Shown piece after piece: positions 27,375 to 37,410 of a stretch of 64,000 bases of DNA. A program made the position numbers and the translations under genes. Each line of letters starts with the position of its first letter. The first letter of the stretch is position 1. The notes beneath the pieces were generated by a model that was not told the DNA's origin, did not search any database, and worked only from the letters and a program-made list of their open reading frames with translations. The DNA comes from Eubacteriales bacterium (GTDB lineage: Bacteria; Bacillota; Clostridia; Oscillospirales; CAG-272), in the NCBI GenBank assembly GCA_045651985.1, contig JAZRTK010000016.1:341-64340 (forward strand). The letters run 5' to 3'.

Positions 27375-29702
27375 TTATTTGGCAAGTGCCTGACTTAAAA
27401 CGTCGCTTATGCTCTTGCATGGAACGAAGTTGAGATTTTCACGAGCCGTTGGGTCAATGTCCTCCAAATCCTTTAAGTTGTCGGCAGGAATGCATACGGT
27501 TTTTACGCCCGCGGTGTATGCCGCCATGGTCTTTTCCTTCAGACCTCCGATGGGAAGAACGCGGCCGCGCAGGGTGATTTCACCCGTCATTGCTACGTCA
27601 CTTCGCACGGGAATTCCGGTCAGCGCGCTCACAAGGGCGGTGGTCATGGTAACGCCCGCGGAAGGACCGTCCTTTGGAACAGCCCCCTCGGGACAATGGA
27701 TATGTATGTCTTTGGTTTTGTAGAAGTCGGGTTCGAATTTGTACTCTTCGGAGTTTGCAAGAGAGCGCACGTAGCTTACCGCTATCTGTGCGGATTCCTT
27801 CATCACGTCCCCAAGAGAGCCCGTCAGCTCGATCTTTCCGCTTCCCTCAAGTACGGAGGCTTCAATTTTCAGCAGATCGCCGCCAACCGACGTGTAGGCA
27901 AGTCCGTTTACGGTGCCAACCTCGTTTTCCTTGGCTACTGTGTCGGGGTAGAGTTTTCTCGGACCGAGAAGGTCGGCAACGTTTGCCTGCTTTACCTTTA
28001 TTATCCCGTCGCCGTTCTCAATTATGCGCTTTGCGGCTTTTCTGCAAAGCTCGCCGATCTTACGTTCAAGATTTCGGACACCCGCCTCACGGGTATAGTA
28101 CTCGATAATCTCGGAAATGGCGCTGTCTGCAATGGAAAGCTGTTTTTTAGTAAGCCCGTGACGCGCCAGCTGCTTTGTCACCAAGTGGCGCTTTGCGATC
28201 GCCAACTTTTCGGCGGGGGTATAAGTTGAAAGCTCGATTATCTCCATTCGGTCGATAAGGGGCTTTGGTACCGTATCAAGAGTATTTGCCGTGGCTATGA
28301 ACAAACATTCGGAAAGATCGAAAGGAAGCTCCACAAAATGATCGCGGAACGTGTGGTTCTGCTCGCCGTCAAGGACCTCAAGCAGAGCAGAGGCGGGGTC
28401 GCCGTGAGAATCCGCGGTAAGCTTGTCGATCTCGTCAAGAAGAATAAGCGGATTTTTCACCTTCGCCTGCGCCATTGCCGCCATAATACGGCCGGGCATA
28501 GCGCCGATGTAGGTCTTTCTGTGACCTCTGATGTCAGCCTCGTCGCGGACGCCGCCAAGGGAAACGCGAACGTATCTGCGGTTCATTGCCTGCGCAATAG
28601 ATGCGCCCACCGAGGTCTTACCGACGCCGGGAGGTCCTACGAGACAGATGATCTGATTTTTAAGCTCGGGATTCAGCTGCTTTACCGCAAGATACTCGAG
28701 AATTCTCGTCTTTACCTTTTCAAGACCGTAGTGATCTGCGTCAAGGCGTTTTTGCGCCGCCGCCACGTTTACGCGGTCACGTGTGGACTTTATCCAAGGA
28801 AGCTCAAGACAAGTGTCGAGATAGGTGCGGATAACGCCCGACTCGGCGGAGCCGAAGGGCATTTTCGCCATTCTCTCGTTTTCTTTGAGAAGCTTTTCTT
28901 CAACTTCCTTTGGCAGCTTTGCCGCCATTATCTTGTCAAAATATTCGTCGGCTTCCGTTCCTTCGCCGCCAAGCTCCTCCTGAATGACCTTCATCTGTTC
29001 CCGCAGATAGTATTCCTTCTGATTTCTGTTGAGTCTTGCGCGGACGGTCTGGTGTATCTCTTTCTCACATTCGAGAACGTCGATCTCGCTCTCCATAAGG
29101 TTGAGCAGGGTTCTCATCCGCTTCATGGGCTCGAACACGTCAAGCACCTGCTGCTTGTCCTCGTAGCGCACAAGCATATTTGCCGCAATAAAGTCAGCAA
29201 GCATACCGGGATTCTTGATGCTCTGTGCTTTTATTTTCAGTTCGGAAGCGGGTGCGGGCAAAAATTCGGTGAGGGTGTCCAATAAATTGATGGCCTCTCT
29301 GACATAAGCCTGACCTTTTACGCTTACGTTTTCGGTGGAATTGATAGTCTTGCACAGCACGTCTGCCATAATGTAGTCGGCAAAACCGCGCATGTTAAGA
29401 ATCTGACAGCGGCAGAGACCCTCGGCGATAACGCGAGTTCCGCCGTCTGAGTTTTTGACCGTCTGTCTGATCTTTGAGAGAACGCCCACGGAGAAAAATG
29501 CGTCCTTGTCTTCTTCCGCCGCTGTGGGATCCTTCCGGGTCAGAAGTATAACGAAGGAATCGGTGGCAGCAGCCGCCGTTACCGCAGATGCGCCAAGGGA
29601 ATCCTTGCATTCAAAATTGAGTGTTACGCCCGGAAACGCAACCACCCCTCGCAGGGGAACGACGGGAAGTGTAAAATTTTCGATCTTTTCGATGATAGCC
29701 AT
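27375..29702 (-). CDS. lon: ATP-dependent Lon protease (LonA)
   Basis: LON N-domain, Walker A GPPGVGKTS, and catalytic PKDGPSAG with a downstream Lys. Confidence 0.97.
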   Translation of the reverse strand: MAIIEKIENFTLPVVPLRGVVAFPGVTLNFECKDSLGASAVTAAAATDSFVILLTRKDPTAAEEDKDAFFSVGVLSKIRQTVKNSDGGTRVIAEGLCRCQILNMRGFADYIMADVLCKTINSTENVSVKGQAYVREAINLLDTLTEFLPAPASELKIKAQSIKNPGMLADFIAANMLVRYEDKQQVLDVFEPMKRMRTLLNLMESEIDVLECEKEIHQTVRARLNRNQKEYYLREQMKVIQEELGGEGTEADEYFDKIMAAKLPKEVEEKLLKENERMAKMPFGSAESGVIRTYLDTCLELPWIKSTRDRVNVAAAQKRLDADHYGLEKVKTRILEYLAVKQLNPELKNQIICLVGPPGVGKTSVGASIAQAMNRRYVRVSLGGVRDEADIRGHRKTYIGAMPGRIMAAMAQAKVKNPLILLDEIDKLTADSHGDPASALLEVLDGEQNHTFRDHFVELPFDLSECLFIATANTLDTVPKPLIDRMEIIELSTYTPAEKLAIAKRHLVTKQLARHGLTKKQLSIADSAISEIIEYYTREAGVRNLERKIGELCRKAAKRIIENGDGIIKVKQANVADLLGPRKLYPDTVAKENEVGTVNGLAYTSVGGDLLKIEASVLEGSGKIELTGSLGDVMKESAQIAVSYVRSLANSEEYKFEPDFYKTKDIHIHCPEGAVPKDGPSAGVTMTTALVSALTGIPVRSDVAMTGEITLRGRVLPIGGLKEKTMAAYTAGVKTVCIPADNLKDLEDIDPTARENLNFVPCKSISDVLSQALAK

Positions 29703-29779
29703 TTGAATTTACGTAATAAAAACCTTTCATTTGTAGCTTTTGCACCCGATTTGGGGCGCAGAATCGCATATTACATTAC

Positions 29780-29808
29780 ATTATAGCACAACTTTTGCGG
29801 AATTTCCA
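29780..29808 (-). promoter_or_regulatory. Putative lon promoter (extended -10)
   Basis: Minus strand: TGGAAA, 17 nt, TGcTATAAT. Confidence 0.5.
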
Positions 29809-29849
29809 TAGTTTCGGATATTTATTTACAATTTAATAATATAGCAAAG

Positions 29850-29933
29850 AAAAAAGCACGGACTGTGACCTGCAGGCTGGTTTGGTATCATGAGATTGAT
29901 ACTCCGCCTGAATAGGTGACGCCGTGCGTTACG
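29850..29933 (-). ncRNA. Candidate small RNA or orphan transcription unit: 72-nt imperfect hairpin plus U-tract
   Basis: Minus strand: GCACGG...CAGGC..GTATCA-atctca-TGATAC..GCCTG...CCGTGC, then TTTTTTCTTT. Its own promoter lies about 10 nt upstream. No ORF with an RBS. Confidence 0.35.
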
Positions 29934-29939
29934 ATAAAA

Positions 29940-29967
29940 ATTATAGCACGAAAAAAGTGCTTTGTAA
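29940..29967 (-). promoter_or_regulatory. Putative promoter driving the hairpin RNA
   Basis: Minus strand: TTACAA, 16 nt, TGcTATAAT. The 10-mer GTGCTATAAT is identical to the lon -10 region. Confidence 0.4.
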
Positions 29968-30141
29968 ATTGTCAAAAAGGACGATTTTATCCGCTCAAAA
30001 TTGCGCTTTTTGTCACTTTAAAAGGAAAAAATTTGATCCCTTGTAGCGCAAAACTCAGTAATATCAAAGGGTTGGTCGATTTGTGCATTTTTTCCATAAG
30101 GTCGGGACGAAAAAAAGAGAAAAATATTTTTCTCAAAGGGG

Positions 30142-30170
30142 TTGACAAACGGACTGCACCGTGGTATAAT
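30142..30170 (+). promoter_or_regulatory. Consensus sigma-A promoter of infC-rpmI-rplT
   Basis: TTGACA, 17 nt, TGgTATAAT (perfect hexamers). Confidence 0.75.
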
Positions 30171-30176
30171 CACGTG

Positions 30177-30300
30177 AGAAAAGAAGCAGAACGTTCTTCG
30201 TTCTCGCCCTGCCGCAAAGGTGAGCAGGTGCAGATAACTTGTCCGAGCAGTGCTCGGTCTGTCTGTGTGCGGGAGAAGAATTTCTTTTCCGCACTTTTTT
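30177..30300 (+). promoter_or_regulatory. infC operon leader with attenuator terminator (L20-leader type)
   Basis: About 125-nt structured leader ending in GTGCGGGAGAAGAA/TTTCTTTTCCGCAC plus TTTTTT, immediately before the infC RBS. The architecture matches the Firmicute L20 autoregulatory leader. Not verified with a covariance model. Confidence 0.55.
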
Positions 30301-30331
30301 GTGCGAAATTTTATTTTGGAGGTGCATATTT

Positions 30332-30859
30332 ATCAGCGCTAAAGAGAAAGACACGCTTGTCAATGAGGACATTCAAGAAAAGGAGATACGCCTCGTAGGT
30401 GAGGACGGCGAGCAGCTGGGCATCATGTCAAGCATCCAAGCCCTTGAAATGGCTTATGAAAAGGGACTTGACCTTGTTATGATGGCAGCAAAGGCGACTC
30501 CCCCCGTATGCCGCATCATGGATTTCGGTAAGTACCGCTTCGATCGTGAGAAGAGGGAAAAAGAAGCAAAGAAGAAGCAGCAGACGTCGGAGCTGAAGGA
30601 AGTACAGCTTTCCTGCCGAATCGACACCCACGATTTTGAGACCAAGGCAAATCACGCAAAGAAGTTCCTGTCTCAGGGCAACAAGGTAAGAGCCGTTGTC
30701 AAGTTCAGAGGACGTGAGATGAGCCACATGGAGATCGGACGCGAGATTCTGGAGCGCTTCGCTACCTATCTTGAGGAAGTGGGAACGGTTGACAAGAAGC
30801 CTTCAACGGAAGGCAGATTCATGAGCATGATCGTGGTACCTCTCAAGCCTGCTAAATAA
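30332..30859 (+). CDS. infC: Translation initiation factor IF-3
   Basis: ISAKEKDTLVNEDIQEKEIRLVGEDGEQLGI... is a typical IF-3 N-terminus. No in-frame ATG/GTG/TTG lies between GGAGGTG (30318-30324) and this region, so the start is probably ATC 30332 (7-nt spacing) or ATA 30326. Confidence 0.88.
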   Translation: MSAKEKDTLVNEDIQEKEIRLVGEDGEQLGIMSSIQALEMAYEKGLDLVMMAAKATPPVCRIMDFGKYRFDREKREKEAKKKQQTSELKEVQLSCRIDTHDFETKANHAKKFLSQGNKVRAVVKFRGREMSHMEIGREILERFATYLEEVGTVDKKPSTEGRFMSMIVVPLKPAK

Positions 30860-30946
30860 GGCAATTAATTTCGTTCATACTCGACGGCACCTTCGGTGCG
30901 AAAGTCGGAAATGATAATAGATTTCATTTGAAAAGGAGATATGAAA

Positions 30947-31141
30947 ATGGGAAAGATCAAGACACATAAAGCATCCGCTAAAAGATTCTCGGTTACGGGA
31001 AGCGGAAAGGTTAAGCACAACCACAGCCAGCACCGTCATAACCTGGGCCTCAAGACTGCAAAGCGTAAGAGATTCCTTCGCGGCAGCTCCTATCTCAGCC
31101 CCGCTATGACAGCAAACATCAGAGCTCTTATCCAGAAGTAA
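30947..31141 (+). CDS. rpmI: 50S ribosomal protein L35
   Basis: KIKTHKASAKRF signature. The second ATG (30947) has better RBS spacing than 30941. Confidence 0.93.
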   Translation: MGKIKTHKASAKRFSVTGSGKVKHNHSQHRHNLGLKTAKRKRFLRGSSYLSPAMTANIRALIQK

Positions 31142-31178
31142 GAGACGACCGTAACAAGAACTTAGGAGGAAAGAAAAA

Positions 31179-31532
31179 ATGGCAAGAATTAAGGGCGCTA
31201 TGATGACGCGCAAGAGAAGAAATAAGATCCTGAAGGAAGCAAAGGGCTACTGGGGCGCAAAGAGCAAGCACTTCAAGATGGCTAAGCAGGCCGTAATGAA
31301 GAGCGGTAACTACGCATTTGCCGGCCGTAAGATGAAGAAGAGAGATTTCAGAAGACTCTGGATCGCTCGTATCTCCGCGCAGGCAAAGGTTTGCGGCATG
31401 AACTATTCTACATTCATGCACGGCCTCAAGGTTGCAGGCATCGACCTCAACCGTAAGATGCTCTCTGAGCTGGCAGTGTCCGATAAGGAAGCATTTGCCG
31501 CTCTCGCAGAAAAAGCTAAAGCTGCAAAATAA
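31179..31532 (+). CDS. rplT: 50S ribosomal protein L20
   Basis: [26 protein letters not shown] signature. Confidence 0.97.
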   Translation: MARIKGAMMTRKRRNKILKEAKGYWGAKSKHFKMAKQAVMKSGNYAFAGRKMKKRDFRRLWIARISAQAKVCGMNYSTFMHGLKVAGIDLNRKMLSELAVSDKEAFAALAEKAKAAK

Positions 31533-31537
31533 TTACC

Positions 31538-31566
31538 AAAAAACCCGGTTTTACCGGGTTTTTTCT
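31538..31566 (+). terminator. Rho-independent terminator after rplT
   Basis: AAAAAACCCGGT-ttt-ACCGGGTTTTTT. Confidence 0.85.
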
Positions 31567-31587
31567 TGAATTTGGAGAGGTATAAAA

Positions 31588-32427
31588 ATGCCGATAAACA
31601 TCAGCTTTTCTCCCGAGATCATCACTTCAAGAGCCAATCCACAGCTTGTAAAAGTGGGCAAATTGGCGGATAAAAAGCACCGCGATGCGGCCCGTCTTTT
31701 CCGCTTTGACGGTATTAAGCTTTTTTGCGAGGCGGTGAAATGCGGGGCTGAAATTGAACAAGTTTTTGTGAGGGAAAGCGCAAAAGAAAGGGTCGTGTCA
31801 AGCCTTGAAGGACACCCCGAAATTGCAGAAAATCTCGGGCGCGTCGGTCCGTTTATATTGCTTGGCGACTCGGCTTTTGACAAAATTTCCTGCGAAAAAT
31901 CCCCCGAAGGGATAATTTGCGTCTCAAAATATGTTGACAACTTCAAAAAAACTGATAAAATAGAAGGAAAAGACGTGAGCGGCAAGGCTCTGATCCTCGA
32001 GTCGGTAAGAGATCCAGGAAACCTTGGAACTATCCTTCGATGCGCCGATGCTTTTGGCATCGACCACGTTATTTTAAGCTCGGACTGTGCCGACGTATTC
32101 AGCCCGAAGACGCTCCGAGGTGCCATGGGAGCGGTGTTCCGCAAAAATATGACCGTCTGCTCCGACCTTTGCTCGTCGATAAAGGCTCTCAAAGCAGACG
32201 GGCGGCGGGTGTTTGCTACCGCCTTGCACCGCGATTCGCTTAAATTGGGCGATTTTGAACTGAAATCGACCGACGTTTTCGTCATCGGAAACGAGGGTCA
32301 CGGAATTTCAAGCGACCTTATCTCCGCTTGCGTAGAGACCGTATTTATACCCATGTGCGGCGGCGCCGAATCCTTAAACGCAGGGGTGGCGGCATCCATT
32401 TGCATGTGGGAGATATCAAAACTTTAA
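31588..32427 (+). CDS. TrmH/SpoU-family RNA 2'-O-methyltransferase
   Basis: SpoU motifs (DPGNLGTILRCADAFG, VIGNEGHGIS, ESLNAGVAASI). Confidence 0.85.
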   Translation: MPINISFSPEIITSRANPQLVKVGKLADKKHRDAARLFRFDGIKLFCEAVKCGAEIEQVFVRESAKERVVSSLEGHPEIAENLGRVGPFILLGDSAFDKISCEKSPEGIICVSKYVDNFKKTDKIEGKDVSGKALILESVRDPGNLGTILRCADAFGIDHVILSSDCADVFSPKTLRGAMGAVFRKNMTVCSDLCSSIKALKADGRRVFATALHRDSLKLGDFELKSTDVFVIGNEGHGISSDLISACVETVFIPMCGGAESLNAGVAASICMWEISKL

Positions 32428-32439
32428 GGAGTTTTTAAA

Positions 32440-33735
32440 ATGAGAGACGGAACGCTGTATTGGATATGGCTGGCGCAAAGGCTGGGCGCGGGAAACCGCT
32501 ATCTTCCGTATCTTATGGAAAGATATTCGGACGCCTTCGAGATCTTTCGCGCGGACCCTGAGGAGCTTTTTGATACGGAGATGCCCGAAGCGTTGCAGGA
32601 AGCACTTTCCGACAAAAATCTTGATGAGGCGCTGGCAATAAGCGACTACTGCACCAAGCTCCGCATAGGTATTCTCACCTATAAAAGCGAGCTTTATCCC
32701 GCGGGACTTCGACGTCTTAAGGACCCGCCTGCAGTGCTCTATTACAGAGGCAGAATGCCCGATCTTTCAAAGCGTGTTTCCGTGTCGGTTGTCGGAACTC
32801 GAACCATGAGCGAATACGGAAAGAGCGCAGGGTATAAAATAGCATACGAGCTGGCGTCTGCCGGTGTTTGCATCGTCAGCGGAATGGCTTTAGGCGTGGA
32901 TTCCGTGGCGGCGTGCGCCGCACTTGCAGCAGGTGAGACCACTATCGCCGTGCTGGGCAGCGGAGTTGACGTTATCTATCCGCCTGAGCACGTGACTCTT
33001 TACAGAAAGATAATCGAGCGCGGTGCGGTGGTCTCCGAATATCCGCCCACCTCAAGACCGGAAGGTCACCATTTTCCGCAGAGAAACCGAATCATAAGCG
33101 GAATCAGTATGGGAACTTTGGTGATTGAGGGCGATATGCGAAGCGGAGCGCTTATAACCGCAGAACTTGCCTTGGAGCAGGGCAAAGACCTTTTTGCACT
33201 TCCGGGAAATATCAACGCGGTAAATGCAAGCGGTACCAACTCTCTTTTGCGTAACGGTGCCGATCTTGTGCTTGAAGCATCGGATATTTTAGATCGTTAC
33301 TCACTTTATCATGCAAATAAGCTGAATTTCGCAAGACTTTCATACGGAAAGACCCGTTCGTCCGTCAGCGACAAGGTTCTTTCGCAGTACGGCGTGTGCT
33401 TTGGTGTAGATCGGGACGAAACAACTGTTCCTGTGCGCAGAGCGCCCGTGAAGCGTGAAGCGGCTCCAAAGCAAACGCAAAAGCTCGAGACCCTTGCGGC
33501 GGTCGCCTCGTCTGCAACCAAGCCCTTGGAGGCTGTGACCGACACAAAGATGCTCGATTCACTCCCCGAAAAATACAGGGATATTTTTGGGGCTATCCCC
33601 GACGGCAGACCCGTCTCCTTTGACGAGGTATTGGCGGTCTGCAAAACTCCGGCAGAAGCCATGAGCGCACTCACTTTTCTTGAAATAAAGGGTGCCGTAA
33701 GCTCGCTTCCCGGAGGATATTATCTGAAAAACTGA
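32440..33735 (+). CDS. dprA: DNA-processing protein DprA (Smf)
   Basis: Rossmann-like DprA core (VSVVGTRTMSEYG...SGMALGVDS...FPQRNRIISG) and a C-terminal winged-helix extension. Confidence 0.9.
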   Translation: MRDGTLYWIWLAQRLGAGNRYLPYLMERYSDAFEIFRADPEELFDTEMPEALQEALSDKNLDEALAISDYCTKLRIGILTYKSELYPAGLRRLKDPPAVLYYRGRMPDLSKRVSVSVVGTRTMSEYGKSAGYKIAYELASAGVCIVSGMALGVDSVAACAALAAGETTIAVLGSGVDVIYPPEHVTLYRKIIERGAVVSEYPPTSRPEGHHFPQRNRIISGISMGTLVIEGDMRSGALITAELALEQGKDLFALPGNINAVNASGTNSLLRNGADLVLEASDILDRYSLYHANKLNFARLSYGKTRSSVSDKVLSQYGVCFGVDRDETTVPVRRAPVKREAAPKQTQKLETLAAVASSATKPLEAVTDTKMLDSLPEKYRDIFGAIPDGRPVSFDEVLAVCKTPAEAMSALTFLEIKGAVSSLPGGYYLKN

Positions 33736-33763
33736 CCAACGTAAAGAAAGGAACTTACATTCA

Positions 33764-36031
33764 ATGGCAAATCTCGTGATCGTTGAATCTCCGTCAAAGG
33801 CTAACACAATAAAAGGTTACCTTGGCTCAAATTATAAAGTTATAGCATCAAAGGGTCACGTGCGCGACCTTCCCAAGAGCACGCTGGGCGTTGACATCGA
33901 GGGAGGCTTTGAGGCACACTACATCAACATCAGAGGTAAGGGCGACCTTATCAAGAGCATCAAAAAGGACGCAAAGAACGCAAATAAAGTGTTTCTCGCG
34001 ACCGACCCTGACCGTGAGGGCGAGGCAATTTCCTGGCATCTTGCGAACGCACTCGGGATCCCTGTGGAAAAGACCCGCAGAGTAACATTTAACGAGATTA
34101 CAAAGACCGCTATTAAGGCGGCGATAAAGAATCCCCGCAATATCGACATGGATCTGGTGAACTCCCAGCAGGCAAGAAGAATTCTTGACCGAATCGTGGG
34201 TTATAAACTGTCCCCTCTGCTCTGGAAGAGTGTAAAGAGCGGTCTCAGCGCGGGAAGGGTTCAGTCGGTGGCTACGAGGATAATCGTGGAGCGCGAGGAG
34301 GAGATCAAGGCGTTCGTGCCCGTTGAATATTGGACTATCGACGCGCTTTTGTCCTCCGAGGACGGCAGAAGCTTCAAGGCGGCGTTCTACGGTGACGAGA
34401 AGGGCAAGATCAAGCCAGCGTCGGAAAGCGAAGCCAAGAAGATCCTTGATGCTATCGAAGGAAAGACCTTTAACACTCGTTCCGTAAAACGTGCGACGAG
34501 ACGCAGAAACGCCACCCCTCCCTTTACAACTTCTACCATGCAGCAGGAAGCTTCAAAGAAGCTTGGATTCCAGTCCGCGCGTATCATGAAGGTTGCGCAG
34601 GAGCTTTACGAGGGTATCAATATCGGCTCCGAGAACGGCGGTGTGCAGGGTCTTATCACCTACATGAGAACCGACTCTCTCCGCATTTCCTCCGACGCAC
34701 AGGAGGCGGCAAAGAGCTATATCACGGAGAAGTTCGGGAAGGAATATTACCCCGCAACACCTCACGTTTATAAGTCCAACTCCAACTCTCAGGACGCACA
34801 CGAGGCTATCCGTCCTTCCGACGTCACAATTGAGCCTTCAAAGATAAAGAAGTACCTCACTCCCGACCAGTTCAAGCTCTATAAGCTTATCTGGGAGCGC
34901 TTCGTTGCCAGCCAGATGGAGAGCGCGGAGCTGAATACAGTAGTTGCAGAGTTTGAGTGTGCTTCCTACATTTTCAAGACCAGCGGATATACCGTGACCT
35001 TCCCCGGCTACATGGTCGTTTACAATGAGAGCGAGGAGGAGAAGCGTCACCGTGACGGCGATGAGGAAATGGAAAATCTTTGTTTGCCCGAGATAAAGAA
35101 GGGTGAGACGCTAAAGGGCGACAAGATCGATCCCGCACGCCACTTCACCGAGCCCCCCGCAAGATATACCGAGGCGTCCCTCATCAAATTCCTTGAAGAA
35201 AAGGGGATCGGACGTCCCTCTACCTATACTCCCATTATCACCACTATCCTTGCAAGAAATTACGTTGCAAGAGACGGCAAGTCCCTCATTCCCACACCCT
35301 TGGGTGAGGTGACCAACCGCCTCATGTGCGAGCAGTTCCCCGAGATCGTTGACTACAAGTTTACGGCTGAAATGGAAGACGACCTTGACCGCATCGAGAA
35401 CGGTATGACCGAGATGAAGTCCGTTCTTGACGAGTTTTATCGCGATTTTGCCGAGAAGCTTGCAAGAGCCGAAGAAACGATCAAGGAAAATCAGTACGAG
35501 CTTCCCGTTGAGGAAACGGATATAATCTGCGACAAGTGCGGCTCAAAAATGATTATCAAATCGGGTAAGTTTGGAAAGTTTGCCGCATGTCCCGCATATC
35601 CCAAGTGCCGTAACACCAAGCCTTTGGTTGCTCCCGAAAAGGTCGAGGAGAAGAAAGAGATAGTAGCCGACTGCAAGTGCGAAAAGTGCGGCGCCGATAT
35701 GGTGGTCCGCAACGGACGCTTTGGCAGCTTCCTTGCTTGCAGCCGTTATCCCGAATGTGATTTTACAAAGCAGAAGACAAGAGATATCGGCGTTGCTTGC
35801 CCCGATTGCGGAGGCAAGATCGTGACCAAGTACGGACGCCGCCGTACCATGTTCTTCAGCTGTGAAAAGTATCCCGAATGTAAGTTCTCCTCCTGGGATA
35901 TGCCCACGGACGAAAAATGTCCCGACTGCGGTAAGATGCTCTTTAAGAAAAAGGGCAAGAAGCTCCTTATCTGCCACGACAAGGACTGTGGCTATAAGAG
36001 AGAGGCAGAGGACATCGAAAGCGAAGAATGA
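33764..36031 (+). CDS. topA: DNA topoisomerase I
   Basis: TOPRIM N-terminus ([10 protein letters not shown]), active-site region, and four C-terminal CxxC zinc ribbons. Confidence 0.97.
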   Translation: MANLVIVESPSKANTIKGYLGSNYKVIASKGHVRDLPKSTLGVDIEGGFEAHYINIRGKGDLIKSIKKDAKNANKVFLATDPDREGEAISWHLANALGIPVEKTRRVTFNEITKTAIKAAIKNPRNIDMDLVNSQQARRILDRIVGYKLSPLLWKSVKSGLSAGRVQSVATRIIVEREEEIKAFVPVEYWTIDALLSSEDGRSFKAAFYGDEKGKIKPASESEAKKILDAIEGKTFNTRSVKRATRRRNATPPFTTSTMQQEASKKLGFQSARIMKVAQELYEGINIGSENGGVQGLITYMRTDSLRISSDAQEAAKSYITEKFGKEYYPATPHVYKSNSNSQDAHEAIRPSDVTIEPSKIKKYLTPDQFKLYKLIWERFVASQMESAELNTVVAEFECASYIFKTSGYTVTFPGYMVVYNESEEEKRHRDGDEEMENLCLPEIKKGETLKGDKIDPARHFTEPPARYTEASLIKFLEEKGIGRPSTYTPIITTILARNYVARDGKSLIPTPLGEVTNRLMCEQFPEIVDYKFTAEMEDDLDRIENGMTEMKSVLDEFYRDFAEKLARAEETIKENQYELPVEETDIICDKCGSKMIIKSGKFGKFAACPAYPKCRNTKPLVAPEKVEEKKEIVADCKCEKCGADMVVRNGRFGSFLACSRYPECDFTKQKTRDIGVACPDCGGKIVTKYGRRRTMFFSCEKYPECKFSSWDMPTDEKCPDCGKMLFKKKGKKLLICHDKDCGYKREAEDIESEE

Positions 36032-37362
36032 TGAAACCTACCGTTAATATAATCGGCGCGGGTCTTGCGGGCAGCGAGGCGGCGTGGCAGGCGGCAAAGC
36101 TTGGAGCACACGTTCGTCTTTTTGAAATGAAACCCGAAAAATTTACACCCGCGCATCACAACGAGGGATTTGCGGAGCTTGTTTGCTCAAATTCTCTGCG
36201 TTCTGACTGCACCTCAAATGCAGTAGGTCTGCTCAAAGAGGAGCTTCGCCGCATGGGCTCGCTGATAATGGAGGCGGCGGACGCAACGCGCGTTCCTGCA
36301 GGATCTGCTTTAGCGGTGGATAGGGAAAAATTTTCCGCTTACGTCACCGAAAAGATAAGAAGTCACCCCGATATTGAGGTCATTTCAAAGGAAATGACGT
36401 GTCCCGAGGAGGGAATAACCGTTATCGCAAGCGGTCCGCTTACCTCGGACGCGCTGGCTCGGTATATATCCGAGACTTTGGGCTGCAGGGGACTCCATTT
36501 CTTTGATGCGGCGGCACCTATAGTTGATTTTGAATCTATTGACATGGAAACGGCGTTTTTTGCGTCCCGATACGACAAGGGTGATCCCGACTACATCAAC
36601 TGCCCCATGACACGCGAGCAGTACGATGCCTTCTATGAAGCACTTGTGAGTGCCCGTGAGGCGGAGCTGAAGGATTTTGACCGTGAAAGTCAGAAGGACC
36701 TGACCGTTTTTGAGGGCTGTATGCCCGTTGAGGTCATGGCAAAGCGCGGACATGACACACTTCTTTTCGGACCTCTCAAGCCCGTAGGGCTTGTAGACCC
36801 CAGAACGGGCGAGGAGTCCTATGCCGTGGTACAGCTCAGAAAAGAAAACGTTGAGGGCACGATGTTCAACCTTGTGGGCTTCCAGACCCACCTGGCATTC
36901 GAGGAGCAGAGAAGAGTATTTCGCATGATACCCGGACTTGAGAACGCGCAGTTCTTGCGGTACGGCGTCATGCACAGAAACACCTTTTTAAACTCCCCCG
37001 GAGTGCTCAATGAAAGATATCAGCTCCAAAAGAAGCCAGAGCTCTATTTTGCAGGGCAGATGACGGGAGTTGAGGGCTACGTCGAGTCGGCGGGCTCGGG
37101 ATTTGTGGCGGGTGTCAATGCCGCTCTGGCAGCACTCGGAAAAGATCCGCTGGTCTTCCCCGAGACTACCATGATAGGCGCAATGGCGGCTTACGTAAGC
37201 CGCGGCAGCACAGGCAAATTCCAGCCCATGAATGCAAATTTCGGTATAATCGAGCCTCTTGGTTACAAAGTCAAGGGCGGAAAGACTGCCAAAAACGAGG
37301 CGCTTGCCGCCCGTTCTCTTGAAATTGTCGACGGCATCTGCCGCTCGGATATTTTGGTATAA
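36028..37362 (+). CDS. trmFO: Methylenetetrahydrofolate--tRNA-(uracil-5-)-methyltransferase TrmFO
   Basis: FAD-binding motif [11 protein letters not shown] and the dprA-topA-trmFO synteny seen in Bacillus. Confidence 0.93.
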   Translation: MMKPTVNIIGAGLAGSEAAWQAAKLGAHVRLFEMKPEKFTPAHHNEGFAELVCSNSLRSDCTSNAVGLLKEELRRMGSLIMEAADATRVPAGSALAVDREKFSAYVTEKIRSHPDIEVISKEMTCPEEGITVIASGPLTSDALARYISETLGCRGLHFFDAAAPIVDFESIDMETAFFASRYDKGDPDYINCPMTREQYDAFYEALVSAREAELKDFDRESQKDLTVFEGCMPVEVMAKRGHDTLLFGPLKPVGLVDPRTGEESYAVVQLRKENVEGTMFNLVGFQTHLAFEEQRRVFRMIPGLENAQFLRYGVMHRNTFLNSPGVLNERYQLQKKPELYFAGQMTGVEGYVESAGSGFVAGVNAALAALGKDPLVFPETTMIGAMAAYVSRGSTGKFQPMNANFGIIEPLGYKVKGGKTAKNEALAARSLEIVDGICRSDILV

Positions 37363-37410
37363 AGTTTTTTGAAAGGAAAGCCCTTATCTAAAAAGGGCGG
37401 GTCAAAAGCT

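Noticed and set aside
28338-29285. 315-aa plus-strand ORF inside lon
   Set aside because: It is a shadow ORF opposite the Lon AAA+ module, and no independent signals support it.
29856-29927. The 72-nt hairpin as a tRNA, small SRP RNA or 6S RNA
   Set aside because: It has no 7-bp acceptor stem or T-loop (GTTCRA), no SRP domain IV motif (GGAA loop with AGCA/GGA symmetric loop), and is too short for 6S RNA.
29940-29967. CIRCE-like (HrcA) operator TTATAGCAC-N7-GTGCTTTGTAA upstream of lon
   Set aside because: Only 5-bp arms match, and both the spacing and the sequence differ from TTAGCACTC-N9-GAGTGCTAA. A promoter -10 with a small spacer hairpin explains it better.
29968-30096. 36-aa minus-strand ORF (MEKMHKSTNPLILLSF...) upstream of the hairpin RNA
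   Set aside because: It has no Shine-Dalgarno sequence and no recognisable features. It is too weak to call.
30189-30203. LexA/Cheo-box-like GAACGTTCTTCGTTC
   Set aside because: The spacing is wrong for GAAC-N4-GTTC. It is located inside the infC leader RNA, where it probably contributes to a helix.
29916-30398. 160-aa plus-strand ORF, plus a 79-aa minus-strand ORF (30133-30372), across the infC promoter and leader
   Set aside because: They overlap a consensus promoter, a structured leader and an attenuator. They lack an RBS, and their sequences look random.
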